64,000 nucleotides of DNA from the NCBI GenBank assembly GCA_036833455.1, contig DAITPU010000001.1, positions 116,397 to 180,396 of the forward strand. The letters are read 5' to 3'. A model generated the notes under the pieces. It searched no databases. It was not told the origin of the DNA and worked only from the letters and a program-made list of their open reading frames with translations. A program made the translations under genes and the position numbers. Shown in pieces: positions 1 through 13,163 of the stretch (positions are counted from its first letter, which is position 1; the number at the start of each line of letters is the position of its first letter). This stretch comes from a bacterium. GTDB lineage: Archaea; Nanobdellota; Nanobdellia; Pacearchaeales; GW2011-AR1.

Positions 1-47
1 ATAAGTTAAAAGGAAAAAAACTTGAGGAGGCTGCTGAAGCTGAATCT

Positions 48-764
48 TTGAAAACAGAAAATTCTTTAGAAGAAAAAAAGAAAGCCTTATTAGAAAAAGC
101 AAAAAAACTTAAAGAAAAAGTTGAAGGTTCCTTAGATTTGGAAAAAATTAAAGAAGAGGTTAAATTAAAGAAAAAGGCAGATATGCTTATTCCTCTTGAA
201 GATTACGTAAAAACTGGAATTTACATTGGAACAAGAGTAGTTACTCCTGACATGAAAAAATATGTTTATAGAAGAAGAGCTGACGGATTGGCAATTTTTA
301 ATACCGATTTAATTGATGAAAAAATAAAAGAAGCAATTGAATACCTTTCCAAATTTGAACCAGAAGAAATTATTTTAGTTTGTAAAAGACAATCTGGATG
401 GAGGGTAGCAAAAAAATTCTCAGAGGTTACGGGAATAAGAGTTTTTACAAAAAAATATCCTGCAGGAATATTAACAAACCCTAACTTATCTAATTTTACA
501 GAAAACGAATTGACAATAATTACAGATCATTGGTTAGACAAAAATGCTCTAAAAGATACTTTAGACGTAAGAAAAAAAATCCTTATGATTTGTGGAACAA
601 ATAATTTTTCAAAAGGAGCTGACAAGATTATTATTGGAAACAATAAAAGTGCAAAATCAATAGGATTAATATATTATCTTCTTGCAAAAGGATATCTGAA
701 AACAAAAGGAAAAGAAAATGAAGATATTGGAGAAATGGATTGGTGGATTGGAGACGAAGATTAA
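48..764 (+). CDS. rps2: 30S ribosomal protein S2 (uS2). Frame stays open to the window edge, so the N-terminus may lie upstream; the track start at 48 is TTG
   Basis: Translation contains the conserved uS2 core (LIPLEDYVKTGIYIGTRV ... EEIILVCKRQ ... ILMICGTNN ... GLIYYLLA). A K/E-rich N-terminal extension precedes the core. Confidence 0.75.
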   Translation: MKTENSLEEKKKALLEKAKKLKEKVEGSLDLEKIKEEVKLKKKADMLIPLEDYVKTGIYIGTRVVTPDMKKYVYRRRADGLAIFNTDLIDEKIKEAIEYLSKFEPEEIILVCKRQSGWRVAKKFSEVTGIRVFTKKYPAGILTNPNLSNFTENELTIITDHWLDKNALKDTLDVRKKILMICGTNNFSKGADKIIIGNNKSAKSIGLIYYLLAKGYLKTKGKENEDIGEMDWWIGDED

Positions 765-1042
765 AAATGATTTATGAAAAAGATAGTAGAGAATTTGAAA
801 GTATGAGATTAAAATACCGCTTTCATGTAAGATACACTAATGGAGAAAAAGAAATTCCTGAGGGACTTTTAACAAGAAGACCAAAAGAAGATTATTCCTC
901 TCCTCCTTCAAAAAGTTATGTTTTAAAAAAATCTACAAATAATCAAGAAAATAATAAAAGATCTTTTTCTGAAGCGATTGAAAAAAGAAAAAGATTATCT
1001 CAAAGAAGAATTGCGAAAAAGAACATATCTAATTTATTTTAA
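740..1042 (+). CDS. hypothetical basic protein; overlaps the uS2 3' end
   Basis: 100-aa ORF with no recognisable motifs; could be spurious. Confidence 0.2.
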   Translation: MVDWRRRLKMIYEKDSREFESMRLKYRFHVRYTNGEKEIPEGLLTRRPKEDYSSPPSKSYVLKKSTNNQENNKRSFSEAIEKRKRLSQRRIAKKNISNLF

Positions 1043-1059
1043 AAAAACCTAATTCTCAA

Positions 1060-1077
1060 CGAAACATTTATAAATGG
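1060..1077 (+). promoter_or_regulatory. candidate archaeal BRE/TATA promoter of the rRNA operon (cgaaaca-TTTATAAA), about 265 nt upstream of the mature 16S
   Basis: Purine-rich BRE-like stretch followed by a TTTATAAA box; nearly identical to the element upstream of tfb at 58004. Confidence 0.35.
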
Positions 1078-1340
1078 TTATTCTCTGAACTTAATATTAT
1101 AAGATGAGTGCCTTAACAAAATGTATGCTCACATATAAGGTATGATGTATATAGAAGCAGTCGTGCTACTCATCTTAATTGATAAGTTTTCTTAAATGAT
1201 ATTAAAGATATTAGTCACAATTTTGTCAATCAGCCAAAAGCGAGGTTTGTGTGAAGTGGTTTGTTTATCTTACATAAAAACAAATTGCGCAATTAAATTT
1301 CTAGTGAATTTTTCACGTCGAAGAAATATCTTAATTGTTA

Positions 1341-2788
1341 ATTCCAGTTGATCCTGCTGGCGGCTGCGGCTCTTTGATTTGCACTTAGACATGCAAGTTT
1401 TTCTAGTTTCATTAGAAATTGGATGGCGAACTGCTCAGTAACACGTAGCTAACCTACTCTTAGGTCAAGGATACCCTCGGGAAACTGAGGTTAATACTTG
1501 ATAAGAGACATACCCTGGAATGATTTGTCTCTAAAATTCGAGCCTAAGAATGGGGCTGCGGCGGATTAGGTTGTTGGCGGGGTAAATGCCCACCAAGCCA
1601 TTGATCCGTAAGGGCTCTTAGCGGAGAGGCCCTGAGAGGGAATCTGAGACACTATTCCCAGCCCTACGGGGTGCAGCAGTTAGGAATAATCTACAATGCG
1701 CGAAAGCGTGATAGTTCGAATCAGAGTGCGTTCCAACAGGAATGCTTTTGTGGAATCTAAAAAGTTCTACGAATAAGGACTGGGTAAGACTAGTGCCAGC
1801 CGCCGCGGTAATACTAGCGGTCCAAGTCGCAGCCATTTTTATTGGGTCTAAAACATCCGTAGCTTGCTTAGTAAGTTCCTTGTGAAATTCCATATCTCAA
1901 GTATGGAGCGGGCAGGGAGTACTGCTGTAGCTAGAGACTGGAAGACGTAACGAGTACGTTCTAAGTAGCGGTAAAATGTGTTAATCTAGGACGGACTAAC
2001 AATAGCGAAGGCACGTTACGAGGACAGTTCTGACAGTAAGGGATGAAAGCTAGGGGCGCAAAACGGATTAGATACCCGTGTAGTCCTAGCCCTAAACACT
2101 GCACACTAAACATCAGTACCTCTTCGAGAGGTATTGGTGCTGAAGGGAAGCCGAAGAGTGTGCTACCTGGGAAGTATAGTCGCAAGGCCGAAACTTAAAG
2201 GAATTGGCGGGGAGACACTACAACGAGTGACGCGTGCGGTTCAATCAGATTCTACACCGTGAACCTCACCAGGAGCGACAGCAGAATGAAGGTCAGTCTG
2301 AAGGGCTTACCTGACACGCTGAGAGGAGTTGCATGGCCAACGTAAGCCTGTGCCGTGAGGTGACCTGTTAAATCAGGTAACAGGCAAGACCCACATCCAT
2401 ATTTTTATTTAATCGATATGGAGATTGCCTTGGAAACAAGGATGAAAGCGTGGGCTACGTTAGGTGGTACAGCCTGAATCCCCTGGGCAACACGCGCGCG
2501 TCAATGGCGAATACAACGGGAAGCGACTCCGAAAGGAGAAGCCAATCTCTTAAAGTTCGTCTTAGTACAGATCGAGGATTGTAACTCATCCTCGTGACGC
2601 TGGAATTCGTAGTAATCGTTTGTTAACAACGAACGGTGAATATGTCACGGTCTCTTGCACACACTGCCCGTCAAATCAACCGAGTTTGGTTATGGTGAAA
2701 CCTTTAGAGGGAGAACCTTGATCAGACAAGGTAGGTTAAGTCGTCACAAGGTATCTGTAGGGGAACCTGCAGATGGATCACCTCCTTA
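1341..2788 (+). rRNA. rrs: 16S rRNA
   Basis: 5' ATTCCAGTTGATCCTGCTGGCGG. Internal GTGCCAGCCGCCGCGGTAATAC, AAACGGATTAGATACCC, AAACTTAAAGGAATTGGCGGGGGA, TGCACACACTGCCCGTCA. 3' GGATCACCTCCTTA. Confidence 0.9.
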
Positions 2789-2836
2789 ATTTAAAGACAG
2801 AAAATTTCTGCTTCTATATACTCATCTTATTATTTT

Positions 2837-2908
2837 GGGCCCGTTGTCCAATGGCTAAGATGCTTGCCTTGCACGCAGGAGATCCGTGTTCGATTCACGG
2901 CGGGTCCA
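2837..2908 (+). tRNA. tRNA-Ala (anticodon TGC) in the 16S-23S spacer; no encoded CCA
   Basis: Cloverleaf folds by eye. Anticodon loop CTTGCAC. G3:U70 wobble pair (Ala identity element). T-arm CCGTG/TTCGATT/CACGG. Confidence 0.85.
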
Positions 2909-2963
2909 TAAGACAACGAGCAAAATAAAATTCAAGAGAAAATAAAAATGGAAGGAACAGACG

Positions 2964-3224
2964 ATGCCACCAATAGAATGTACATTAACAGATATGGTAG
3001 ACGGAGCTCCATTAGTTATTTTACGTGCAGAGAAGATAGGAGAAAAGTATTGGGAAGTTAAAGAAGGAGTAATCAATAAAGGATGCTATTCACTATCTTT
3101 AGAAGAATTAAAAGATATGGCGAAAAAAAAATATTACAGATCATGCTCATATAAAAATGGGAAATTAAGGGTTCCTGAATCCAATTCAGGGATCTGCATT
3201 GAGAACTTATGTTCAATGAGATAA
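2964..3224 (+). CDS. 86-aa ORF (Cys-containing) embedded in the tRNA-Ala to 23S spacer; uncertain
   Basis: Uninterrupted ORF in an AT-rich spacer with a GGAAGGA SD-like motif 7-13 nt upstream of the ATG; no homology recognised. Confidence 0.25.
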   Translation: MPPIECTLTDMVDGAPLVILRAEKIGEKYWEVKEGVINKGCYSLSLEELKDMAKKKYYRSCSYKNGKLRVPESNSGICIENLCSMR

Positions 3225-3295
3225 GTAGTAGAGGAATCCCACTAGTTAATATTTTTAACTAGTAATATTTAGAAAATCACAATCTATTTATGCTA

Positions 3296-6070
<2,775 letters not shown>

Positions 6071-6184
6071 GTCACTAAAAGCCTCACATGTTATTTTCTA
6101 AATAACTTCCTCTACTACTTATCCTTTGTTTTTGTTAACCATTACCACAATAATTCTTATAAACTAAAATTCTTTTTTCAAATA

Positions 6185-6535
6185 ATGGAATTAATAGCTT
6201 TATTATCTACAGGCCAAGGAACTTGGGCACAAGTTTCAGGATTAATGAAATATGGAAATTGGGAAAAAATAATTTTAATTGGAAATGATTTTGCAAAAAC
6301 TTTTACTCATGAAAAAAAATTTGAATTTGTGAAGATAGATTTGGATCAAAAATTAGTTGAACTTAGAGATGATTTAAAAAAGAAACTTAAAGATAAAATA
6401 AGTGGAATGGAAGTTGCATGTTCAATTGCTTCAGGAGATGGAAAAGAACACATGGCCTTAATTTCTGCTTTAATTAATCTCCCTGTAGGAATTAGATTTG
6501 CCGCCCTAACAAAAGAAGGAATTGTAGATTTATAA
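6185..6535 (+). CDS. hypothetical protein
   Basis: 116-aa ORF, no recognised motif. Confidence 0.3.
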   Translation: MELIALLSTGQGTWAQVSGLMKYGNWEKIILIGNDFAKTFTHEKKFEFVKIDLDQKLVELRDDLKKKLKDKISGMEVACSIASGDGKEHMALISALINLPVGIRFAALTKEGIVDL

Positions 6536-6579
6536 CTAAACACAATAATCCTTAAAAACAAACTAATTTTAAACTTTTT

Positions 6580-6894
6580 ATGTCAAAGAAAGGAAAATCC
6601 TTAGAAAAAGAAAGAAAAAGGAAAAAAAGAGCTGAAACAAATTCAAAAAGATTAAAGAATGAACAAATGCGAAGAGGCAATTACATAGGAAAAAAAGAAT
6701 TAGATAATTACTTCTACATGTTAGATTATTTAAAAGAAAATTATCCTGAAGGGAATTATTCTTCTTTTCCAAAAAATGATGAAGTTCCAAAATCTATTTA
6801 TAAATTCCTAAAACAAAGATATTATGAAAAAGTTAATTCAATTAATTCTACTGAAAAAATATCTAATTTAGAAAATTTAACTCAAGAAAATTAA
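6580..6894 (+). CDS. hypothetical basic protein
   Basis: 104-aa ORF, K/R-rich N-terminus. Confidence 0.3.
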   Translation: MSKKGKSLEKERKRKKRAETNSKRLKNEQMRRGNYIGKKELDNYFYMLDYLKENYPEGNYSSFPKNDEVPKSIYKFLKQRYYEKVNSINSTEKISNLENLTQEN

Positions 6895-7877
6895 TGATCT
6901 TTTTTCTTAATTTTTAATAAACTTTTATCTTTTCCGATTACATATGCTCGAGAAATTTCATGAAAATCAAGTAGTTTATATTTAGTTCCACCAAGTTCTT
7001 GTTCTAATTTTTTAATCCACTCCAACATTTCCTTATGAGTCGGCATTTTATCATAACCTAAACGTTCACGCGCAAATCCAACAGACATATATCCTTTAAC
7101 CTCGACTATAAATGGATTTGACATTTTAATCAAAGAAGCAAATTCAGAAATAAATTTATCTTGCATGTTTACCTCCCGAATTAAATTAATTCTAAAAACA
7201 GTTTTAGTTCCAGAAATTTTATTAAAAAGTTTTAAACTTTTTATCAATCTATTCCAAGCATCTTTTTTTAAACTTCTATGAAATTTTATATGTTCTTCTT
7301 CATTTGAAGAATTAACAGAAACATAAAGTCTTGTAGGTAAATTATTTTCCTTAATTAATTTTTCAATAACTTCTGGTTGCAACCCATTTGTAACTAAAAA
7401 AGAAGTTCCTCCTCTTTTACGAATTAAAGAAATCAATTCTCCAATTTTAGGATAAAGGGTTGGTTCTCCAGTTAAACTTAAAGCAAATTGATTTGGAATT
7501 TGTGCTTCCGCCAATTTTTTTTGGTTAGCTTTAGATAATTGTTTTCTAGAAGAATTTTTATCAACCTTAAATCCAGTCAATAATTTTTGCTGAGCCTTAA
7601 TTGCTCCTTCAATAATTTTTAAGGGCTCATCTGGATTTAAAATTAATTTATCCTCTGCATTTGTTATATCTCTCCAACAATGAATGCAGCGATTATTACA
7701 GAATATTGAAGGAGTCATCTGGCAGCACAAATGAGATTTTATTCCATAAAATTTTTCCTTAAAACAAACTCCCTCGTCTCTCAAAGATTTTTTAGTCCAA
7801 TTACAAAGTTGCACTGCTGAATGATTTCCAACTAATTCATAAGTTTCTTTTCTAACACGTTTTCTACTTCTTGACAT
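6891..7877 (-). CDS. taw1: tRNA 4-demethylwyosine synthase Taw1/TYW1 (radical SAM)
   Basis: CNNRCIHCW radical-SAM CxxxCxxC motif plus upstream SHLCCQ cysteine cluster; size and layout match archaeal Taw1. Confidence 0.7.
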   Translation of the reverse strand: MSRSRKRVRKETYELVGNHSAVQLCNWTKKSLRDEGVCFKEKFYGIKSHLCCQMTPSIFCNNRCIHCWRDITNAEDKLILNPDEPLKIIEGAIKAQQKLLTGFKVDKNSSRKQLSKANQKKLAEAQIPNQFALSLTGEPTLYPKIGELISLIRKRGGTSFLVTNGLQPEVIEKLIKENNLPTRLYVSVNSSNEEEHIKFHRSLKKDAWNRLIKSLKLFNKISGTKTVFRINLIREVNMQDKFISEFASLIKMSNPFIVEVKGYMSVGFARERLGYDKMPTHKEMLEWIKKLEQELGGTKYKLLDFHEISRAYVIGKDKSLLKIKKKDH

Positions 7878-7928
7878 TGAAAAAAAAAGGCCAATAAGTT
7901 TAAATATTAACTGATTTTAATTCTCGCT

Positions 7929-8501
7929 ATGGTATTCGATTATTTCAGTTACATTATTTTGCCTTTACTTATATTCGTAGCCAGGATTGCAGATGTTAGT
8001 ATTGGAACAATCAGAATTATTTTTGTTTCTAAAGGTTTCAAATATCTCGCCCCTTTATTGGGATTTTTTGAAGTACTTATTTGGATTTTAGCCATAACTA
8101 AAATAATGGGACAAGCAAATAATTTTGTATTTTATATTGCATATGCAGGAGGATTTGCTATGGGAAATTTAGTGGGCATGGCCATAGAAAAGAAACTTTC
8201 AATTGGAAAAGTAATAATAAGAGTAATTAGCCATAAAGATGTTTCAAAATTAACTGAACAAATAAAAAAATCAAATTATCCAATAACTATCGTAGATGGA
8301 GAAGGAAATCAAGGAAAAGTTAAATTGATTTTTTTAATTACAGATAGAAAAGAATCTAGAAAAGTTATTGAAATAATTGAATCTTTTGATCCAAAAGCTT
8401 TCTACTCTATAGAAGACGTAAGATATGTAAATCAATCAAAAAAACATTTACAATCTGGAAAAATTCCTAAATTTTTAGGTTTTTATAGAAAAAGCAAATA
8501 A
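7929..8501 (+). CDS. DUF2179/UPF0316 (YitT-like) membrane protein
   Basis: N-terminal TM helices followed by a soluble DUF2179-like C-terminal domain. Confidence 0.45.
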   Translation: MVFDYFSYIILPLLIFVARIADVSIGTIRIIFVSKGFKYLAPLLGFFEVLIWILAITKIMGQANNFVFYIAYAGGFAMGNLVGMAIEKKLSIGKVIIRVISHKDVSKLTEQIKKSNYPITIVDGEGNQGKVKLIFLITDRKESRKVIEIIESFDPKAFYSIEDVRYVNQSKKHLQSGKIPKFLGFYRKSK

Positions 8502-8502
8502 T

Positions 8503-9924
8503 CTAAAAAATATTTTTAGCCCAAAAAAACATAACAATTAGTAATAAGATTAATAAAAATTTAGTGAGATATTTAAAAGATTTTTCTGCCTTTGATTTAT
8601 TTTTAGTGATTGCCAAAACAGTTAGATAAAAAAATCTTCCTCCATCGAAAATACCCATTGGAAGCATATTCACAAGAGCAACTGAAAAAGAAATGAGCAC
8701 TAACCACCATAACAAATCATAAATATATTGTGCAGCTTCGAAATTAGGAACATAATAAACATTAGGAGATTTATAAGAAGTAAATACATAAGAAAACTTT
8801 GCTAAAAATCCTTTTGGAGTTTGATCCCTAAAACTAATTCCTAACCAAACACTTCCAGGATTATTTGGATTTTCTTCTAAAATGATTTCTTTAATTTGTT
8901 TATTTTTCCCATCAAATGTTTCTATTTTAATTGTATCGCCTATTGAATATTTTTTTAACTCTGAAGAAAGTGAATCAATAGAATAAATTTTATTTCCCTC
9001 TATAGAAAGTATTGCTCCCGTTAAATTATTTTTTATTGCAGGGGAATCATAATAAAGTATAGCAAGATTATTCGAAGAAGAATAAGCTTTTAATGCAGAA
9101 TAATTTTGAGATCCGACTTTTATTTCCTTTAAGCCATTAGAGTAACTCAAAGAAACTAAATTTTCTTTTTGAAAAGGCATTCCATCGACATAATTTATAT
9201 TATCTATATTAACTACATTATATGCATAATCATCATAAATAATTCCTGAAGCATTGAATGTCAAAGAAAAAAAGCTAAACATTAAAACAAATCCTAATAA
9301 GGCAATTAAAATATTAGCAAATGTTCCTGCCGCTAAAACCGCCCTTTGCTTAAAATTACTTCTTGTAACCATAGTTTTTTCGTCTAACTCTACAAAAGCC
9401 GCTAAAAAAACAGGAAAGAAAAAAGGAAAAAATCCAAAACCAGTTGTTTTTGTTTTGACTTTGGCATGACCTGCAAAAATTCCGTGAAAAAATTCATGAC
9501 TAACTGCAACAATTAGAAGAACTATAATCCAATATGAAAAATAAAAAGGAGGTAAAAAATTTAAGCTAAACATTTGGGGAAGATATGGAACTAAGGGCAT
9601 TATTGGAGGTACTTTAACTGCTCGAACAATTTCAGACTGAAAAATATAAATATAAAGTATCCTAAAGAAAAGATACAACATGGCTATCATTAAGAGATAA
9701 CCTAAAATAACAGCTACCCAGCTCATAAAATTCAAAGTTCTAGGATGTTTCTTACTATACTTGTCAATTGCTTTAATTCCCCAAGAAGTTCTATAAAGAA
9801 ATAATAATCCCTCTCTTTTAATTTCTTTTCTTTTTCTATATAGAAATGAAGTTGTAAAAATTAAAAATAATCCCAAAATAACCAAATCAATAATCATAAA
9901 GTTCATTTTTTCACCTAATAACAA
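8503..9924 (-). CDS. site-2 protease family M50 intramembrane metalloprotease with PDZ insertion
   Basis: HEFFH (HExxH) inside a TM helix, NMLPMGIFDGG (LDG motif), multiple TM segments. Confidence 0.75.
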   Translation of the reverse strand: MLLGEKMNFMIIDLVILGLFLIFTTSFLYRKRKEIKREGLLFLYRTSWGIKAIDKYSKKHPRTLNFMSWVAVILGYLLMIAMLYLFFRILYIYIFQSEIVRAVKVPPIMPLVPYLPQMFSLNFLPPFYFSYWIIVLLIVAVSHEFFHGIFAGHAKVKTKTTGFGFFPFFFPVFLAAFVELDEKTMVTRSNFKQRAVLAAGTFANILIALLGFVLMFSFFSLTFNASGIIYDDYAYNVVNIDNINYVDGMPFQKENLVSLSYSNGLKEIKVGSQNYSALKAYSSSNNLAILYYDSPAIKNNLTGAILSIEGNKIYSIDSLSSELKKYSIGDTIKIETFDGKNKQIKEIILEENPNNPGSVWLGISFRDQTPKGFLAKFSYVFTSYKSPNVYYVPNFEAAQYIYDLLWWLVLISFSVALVNMLPMGIFDGGRFFYLTVLAITKNKSKAEKSFKYLTKFLLILLLIVMFFWAKNIF

Positions 9925-9954
9925 TTATCCAACATAGTTTAAAAGACTAACTAA

Positions 9955-10119
9955 TTATTTCTTCTTTAGAGGTCTAAATTGATTTTTACCGCATTTTCTG
10001 CATCTAATTTTTCCTCTTAAAATTTTCTGTGGATCTGCACGTATCTTAGAGTAACATTTTTGACATACAAACATATTTTTGAATAGTCTATTAATTGCTT
10101 CGTGAATTTTTGTTGCCAT
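9955..10119 (-). CDS. rpl40e: 50S ribosomal protein L40e (eL40), 54 aa; absent from the ORF track because it is under 60 aa
   Basis: Translation MATKIHEAINRLFKNMFVCQKCYSKIRADPQKILRGKIRCRKCGKNQFRPLKKK has the L40e C4 zinc ribbon (CxxC...CxxCG) and the length of archaeal L40e. Confidence 0.55.
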   Translation of the reverse strand: MATKIHEAINRLFKNMFVCQKCYSKIRADPQKILRGKIRCRKCGKNQFRPLKKK

Positions 10120-10155
10120 AAATAGTTTAGAAATAGAGGGTTTTTAAAGGTTTTT

Positions 10156-10476
10156 CTATTCTTGTTTCCAAATTATTTGTTGAAGATAAGGATCAATAAT
10201 TTCTAAAGGTTTTTTAGAACGGGAATCTATATACACTATAACTCCAGAATAATCTCCCATTTTTAAATCACTTAAATCAAATCTCAATTCTGAATTTTTA
10301 AAACGATTATATTTTTCAAAAAATTTTGCGCATCCTTGCTCATAAACTATCTCTTCTCTTTCTAAACTGCTTCCAGAAAAATTGGGTTCAATACAAATTC
10401 CTCCTCCAAATGTACGAATTTGCCCCAAGATAACTATAATTCCTTCATCATTTAACTTAGACGTAATACTTTTCAT
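10156..10476 (-). CDS. hypothetical protein
   Basis: 106-aa ORF, no recognised motif. Confidence 0.3.
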   Translation of the reverse strand: MKSITSKLNDEGIIVILGQIRTFGGGICIEPNFSGSSLEREEIVYEQGCAKFFEKYNRFKNSELRFDLSDLKMGDYSGVIVYIDSRSKKPLEIIDPYLQQIIWKQE

Positions 10477-10520
10477 AGAAAAATAATAATTAAAACATTT
10501 ATAAAAATTTAGATTTAAAA

Positions 10521-10910
10521 TTACAACTTTCTCTTTATTAAAAGTGTGCCCTCAATATCCCAATATTCAACAGTATCATTCTCAGCAATTTGACCTTTAA
10601 TCTCTTCAGGAATTGCTATTTCTATAGTTTCAAAACTCTCCATATCCATCACGCTAGCATGATCATCTGTCACAGAAAGAACTTGTGCTTTACTTTTATT
10701 TACCATTGGAACCTCGAATCTCTCATGTCCAGGAACAACGAAAACTTTCTTACTTCCAGTAATCATGTGTGCCGCTTCCAGTCTACATTTAGCGTGACCG
10801 TGCTTCCCTGTTTTAGAAACATCCATTTTTTTAACAGTAAAAGCTTCTCCTTCAAGGATAATATTTGTTCCAACTCTTGCCTCTGTAGCATTAATAATTT
10901 TTGCAACCAT
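10521..10910 (-). CDS. eif5a: translation initiation factor 5A (aIF-5A)
   Basis: Hypusine loop SKTGKHGHAK; size 129 aa. Confidence 0.85.
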   Translation of the reverse strand: MVAKIINATEARVGTNIILEGEAFTVKKMDVSKTGKHGHAKCRLEAAHMITGSKKVFVVPGHERFEVPMVNKSKAQVLSVTDDHASVMDMESFETIEIAIPEEIKGQIAENDTVEYWDIEGTLLIKRKL

Positions 10911-10995
10911 AATCTCTCTAAAAAAATTTAATTTATAAAAGTTTGTATCTAAAAAACATCATTAATTTTATAAACTCACATATCGATTTGGTTTA

Positions 10996-11625
10996 ATGAG
11001 TTTAAATAAGAATGATTTTATAGAAATAGATTTTACTGCAAGGATTAAAGACGGCCCAATTTTTGATTCAACTAAAAAAGAAGAATTAGAAAAAATCGGA
11101 TTTAAAAAAGAAACCAAACCTTTTATCTTTGCACTAAATCAAGGTATGTTCCTTAATTCAATAGACGAATTTTTAGAAAATAAAGAAATAGGAAAATATA
11201 AAATATCCTTAGCCCCAGAGAAGGCTTTTGGAAAAAGAGATCCAAAACAAATACAAATGATTCCTTTAAAATTTTTTAAGGAACACCGACTTTCTCCAAT
11301 ACCTGGAAATTCTTTTAATTTTGATGGAAGAATAGGAAAAGTTTTAACCTTATCCGGAGGAAGAGTTTTAGTTGATTTTAATAGTCCTCTTTCTGGAAAA
11401 GATGTTGAATATGAAATAGAAATAAAAAGAAAAGTAGAAGATTTAAAAGAACAAGTAGACGCAGTTAACGATTTTTTCTTTCGGAAAAAACTCGATTTTG
11501 AATTAAACGAAAACAAAGTTATCCTCCTTTTTGAAAAACAATTAAAACCACTTGGAGAATTATTTAAGAAAAAGTACGAAGAAATTTTGAAAAAAGAAAT
11601 TGAAATTAAAGAAAAAGCGGAATAA
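10996..11625 (+). CDS. FKBP-type peptidyl-prolyl cis-trans isomerase (SlyD-like) with a K/E-rich tail
   Basis: FKBP-like core (ALNQGMFLNSIDEFL...LAPEKAFGKRDP...G) followed by an insert-flap-like region. Confidence 0.55.
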   Translation: MSLNKNDFIEIDFTARIKDGPIFDSTKKEELEKIGFKKETKPFIFALNQGMFLNSIDEFLENKEIGKYKISLAPEKAFGKRDPKQIQMIPLKFFKEHRLSPIPGNSFNFDGRIGKVLTLSGGRVLVDFNSPLSGKDVEYEIEIKRKVEDLKEQVDAVNDFFFRKKLDFELNENKVILLFEKQLKPLGELFKKKYEEILKKEIEIKEKAE

Positions 11626-11700
11626 ATTTTATAATTTTCTTTCTTTTTAACTAATTTTTAGTATAACAATTTTTATAAACAATTTTTTCATTGTTTTCTT

Positions 11701-12780
11701 ATGCCAAATACTGAAAGCCAAATTTCTGAATTAAGACAAATAGATCAGGAACTTGAAGAAATTATAAAAAAACAATCTGCAAAAATTAAGGTCGTTGGAA
11801 TTGGGGGTGGAGGAAATAATTCCTTAAATAGAATGGGAGAGATTGGAATAAAAGGGGGAGAATTAATTGCTATGAATACTGACGCCCAAGATTTATTATA
11901 TACTAATGCCAATCATAAAATTTTATTGGGTAAGGAATTAACTCAAGGACTCGGAGCTGGAAGCAATCCTAAAATCGGAGAAGAAGCAGCAAAAGAATCC
12001 GAATCAGAAATAAAGAAAAAACTTTCTGGGGCAGACATGGTCTTTATAACTTGCGGTATGGGGGGAGGAACAGGAACTGGAGCCGCACCCGTTGTTGCGA
12101 ACATTGCAAAAAAAGCAGGAGCGTTAACTATTGGTGTTGTTACAATGCCCTTTACAATCGAGGGCCAAAAAAGAATAGAAAATGCAACTTATGGTTTAGA
12201 AAAAATGGAAGCTCTCACAGATACATTAATAGTTATTCCAAATGACAAATTATTAGAATTAGCTCCAGATTTACCTTTACACACTGCATTCAAAATTGCA
12301 GATGAAATACTAACAAACGCTGTTAAAGGAGTTACTGAATTAGTAACAACATCTGGATTAGTTAATTTAGATTTTGCAGACATCCAAGCAGTTATGAAAG
12401 AAGGGGGAGTTTCTCTAATTGGAATGGGGGAATCGGACACAAAACAAAGAGCAATAGATGCAATAGAAAAAGCCATGCAAAATCCTCTACTTGATGTGGA
12501 CATTTCGGGAGCAAAAGGTGCCTTAATAAACATTGTTGGAGGACAAGACATGAGCCTTGACGAATGTAAAGAAATAATTTCAAGAGTAGGAAATAAATTA
12601 AATCCCCAAGCTAAAATGATATGGGGGGCTAAAATTGCTCCAGATATGGACAGAGCAATAAGAGTTTTATTAATTGTTACAGGAGTTAAATCCTCTCAAG
12701 TTCTAGGAGGAGGCGAAACAATTGAATCTTTAAAACATAGAGAAATTGAAGAAGAATTAGGGATTGAATTTGTTGAATAA
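11701..12780 (+). CDS. ftsZ: cell division GTPase FtsZ (paralog 1)
   Basis: GGGGNN, GAGSNP (T4 loop) and [15 protein letters not shown] tubulin signature. Confidence 0.9.
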   Translation: MPNTESQISELRQIDQELEEIIKKQSAKIKVVGIGGGGNNSLNRMGEIGIKGGELIAMNTDAQDLLYTNANHKILLGKELTQGLGAGSNPKIGEEAAKESESEIKKKLSGADMVFITCGMGGGTGTGAAPVVANIAKKAGALTIGVVTMPFTIEGQKRIENATYGLEKMEALTDTLIVIPNDKLLELAPDLPLHTAFKIADEILTNAVKGVTELVTTSGLVNLDFADIQAVMKEGGVSLIGMGESDTKQRAIDAIEKAMQNPLLDVDISGAKGALINIVGGQDMSLDECKEIISRVGNKLNPQAKMIWGAKIAPDMDRAIRVLLIVTGVKSSQVLGGGETIESLKHREIEEELGIEFVE

Positions 12781-12845
12781 ATTTAAGAATCAAATTTCAC
12801 TTCTAAAAGGCAATGTTTTTTAAACCAATTCTTTCTTAAAATAAT

Positions 12846-13163
12846 ATGCCTAAAGAGATTGAACAACAAGAAGAAAAAATCACAAGAGCACCACTTCCAA
12901 GAGGTAGAGAAATTATCGGAATAATTGATCAAAGAAGCGGAGGAAATAAAATGAAAGTTAATTGTTTAGATGGAAAAGAAAGAACTGGGCGAGTTCCAGG
13001 AAGATTAAAGAGGCATTTGTGGTTAAGACCAGGAGACATAATTATTATTGAACCTTGGGAATTAGACAATACCAAAGGAGATATCTTATTAAAATACAAA
13101 CCTGCCCAAATAGAATGGTTAAAGAGAAACGGCCACTTAGAAACAGAGGATGAAGAATTTTAA
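12846..13163 (+). CDS. eif1a: translation initiation factor 1A (aIF-1A)
   Basis: S1-like OB-fold sequence GREIIGIIDQRSGGNKMKVNCLDGKERTGRVPGRLK...GDIIIIEPWE. Confidence 0.85.
   Translation: MPKEIEQQEEKITRAPLPRGREIIGIIDQRSGGNKMKVNCLDGKERTGRVPGRLKRHLWLRPGDIIIIEPWELDNTKGDILLKYKPAQIEWLKRNGHLETEDEEF

Noticed and set aside
6071-6184. Looked for a 5S rRNA downstream of the 23S
   Set aside because: No 5S-like sequence or structure in the 115-nt gap or elsewhere in the window; the 5S is presumably unlinked
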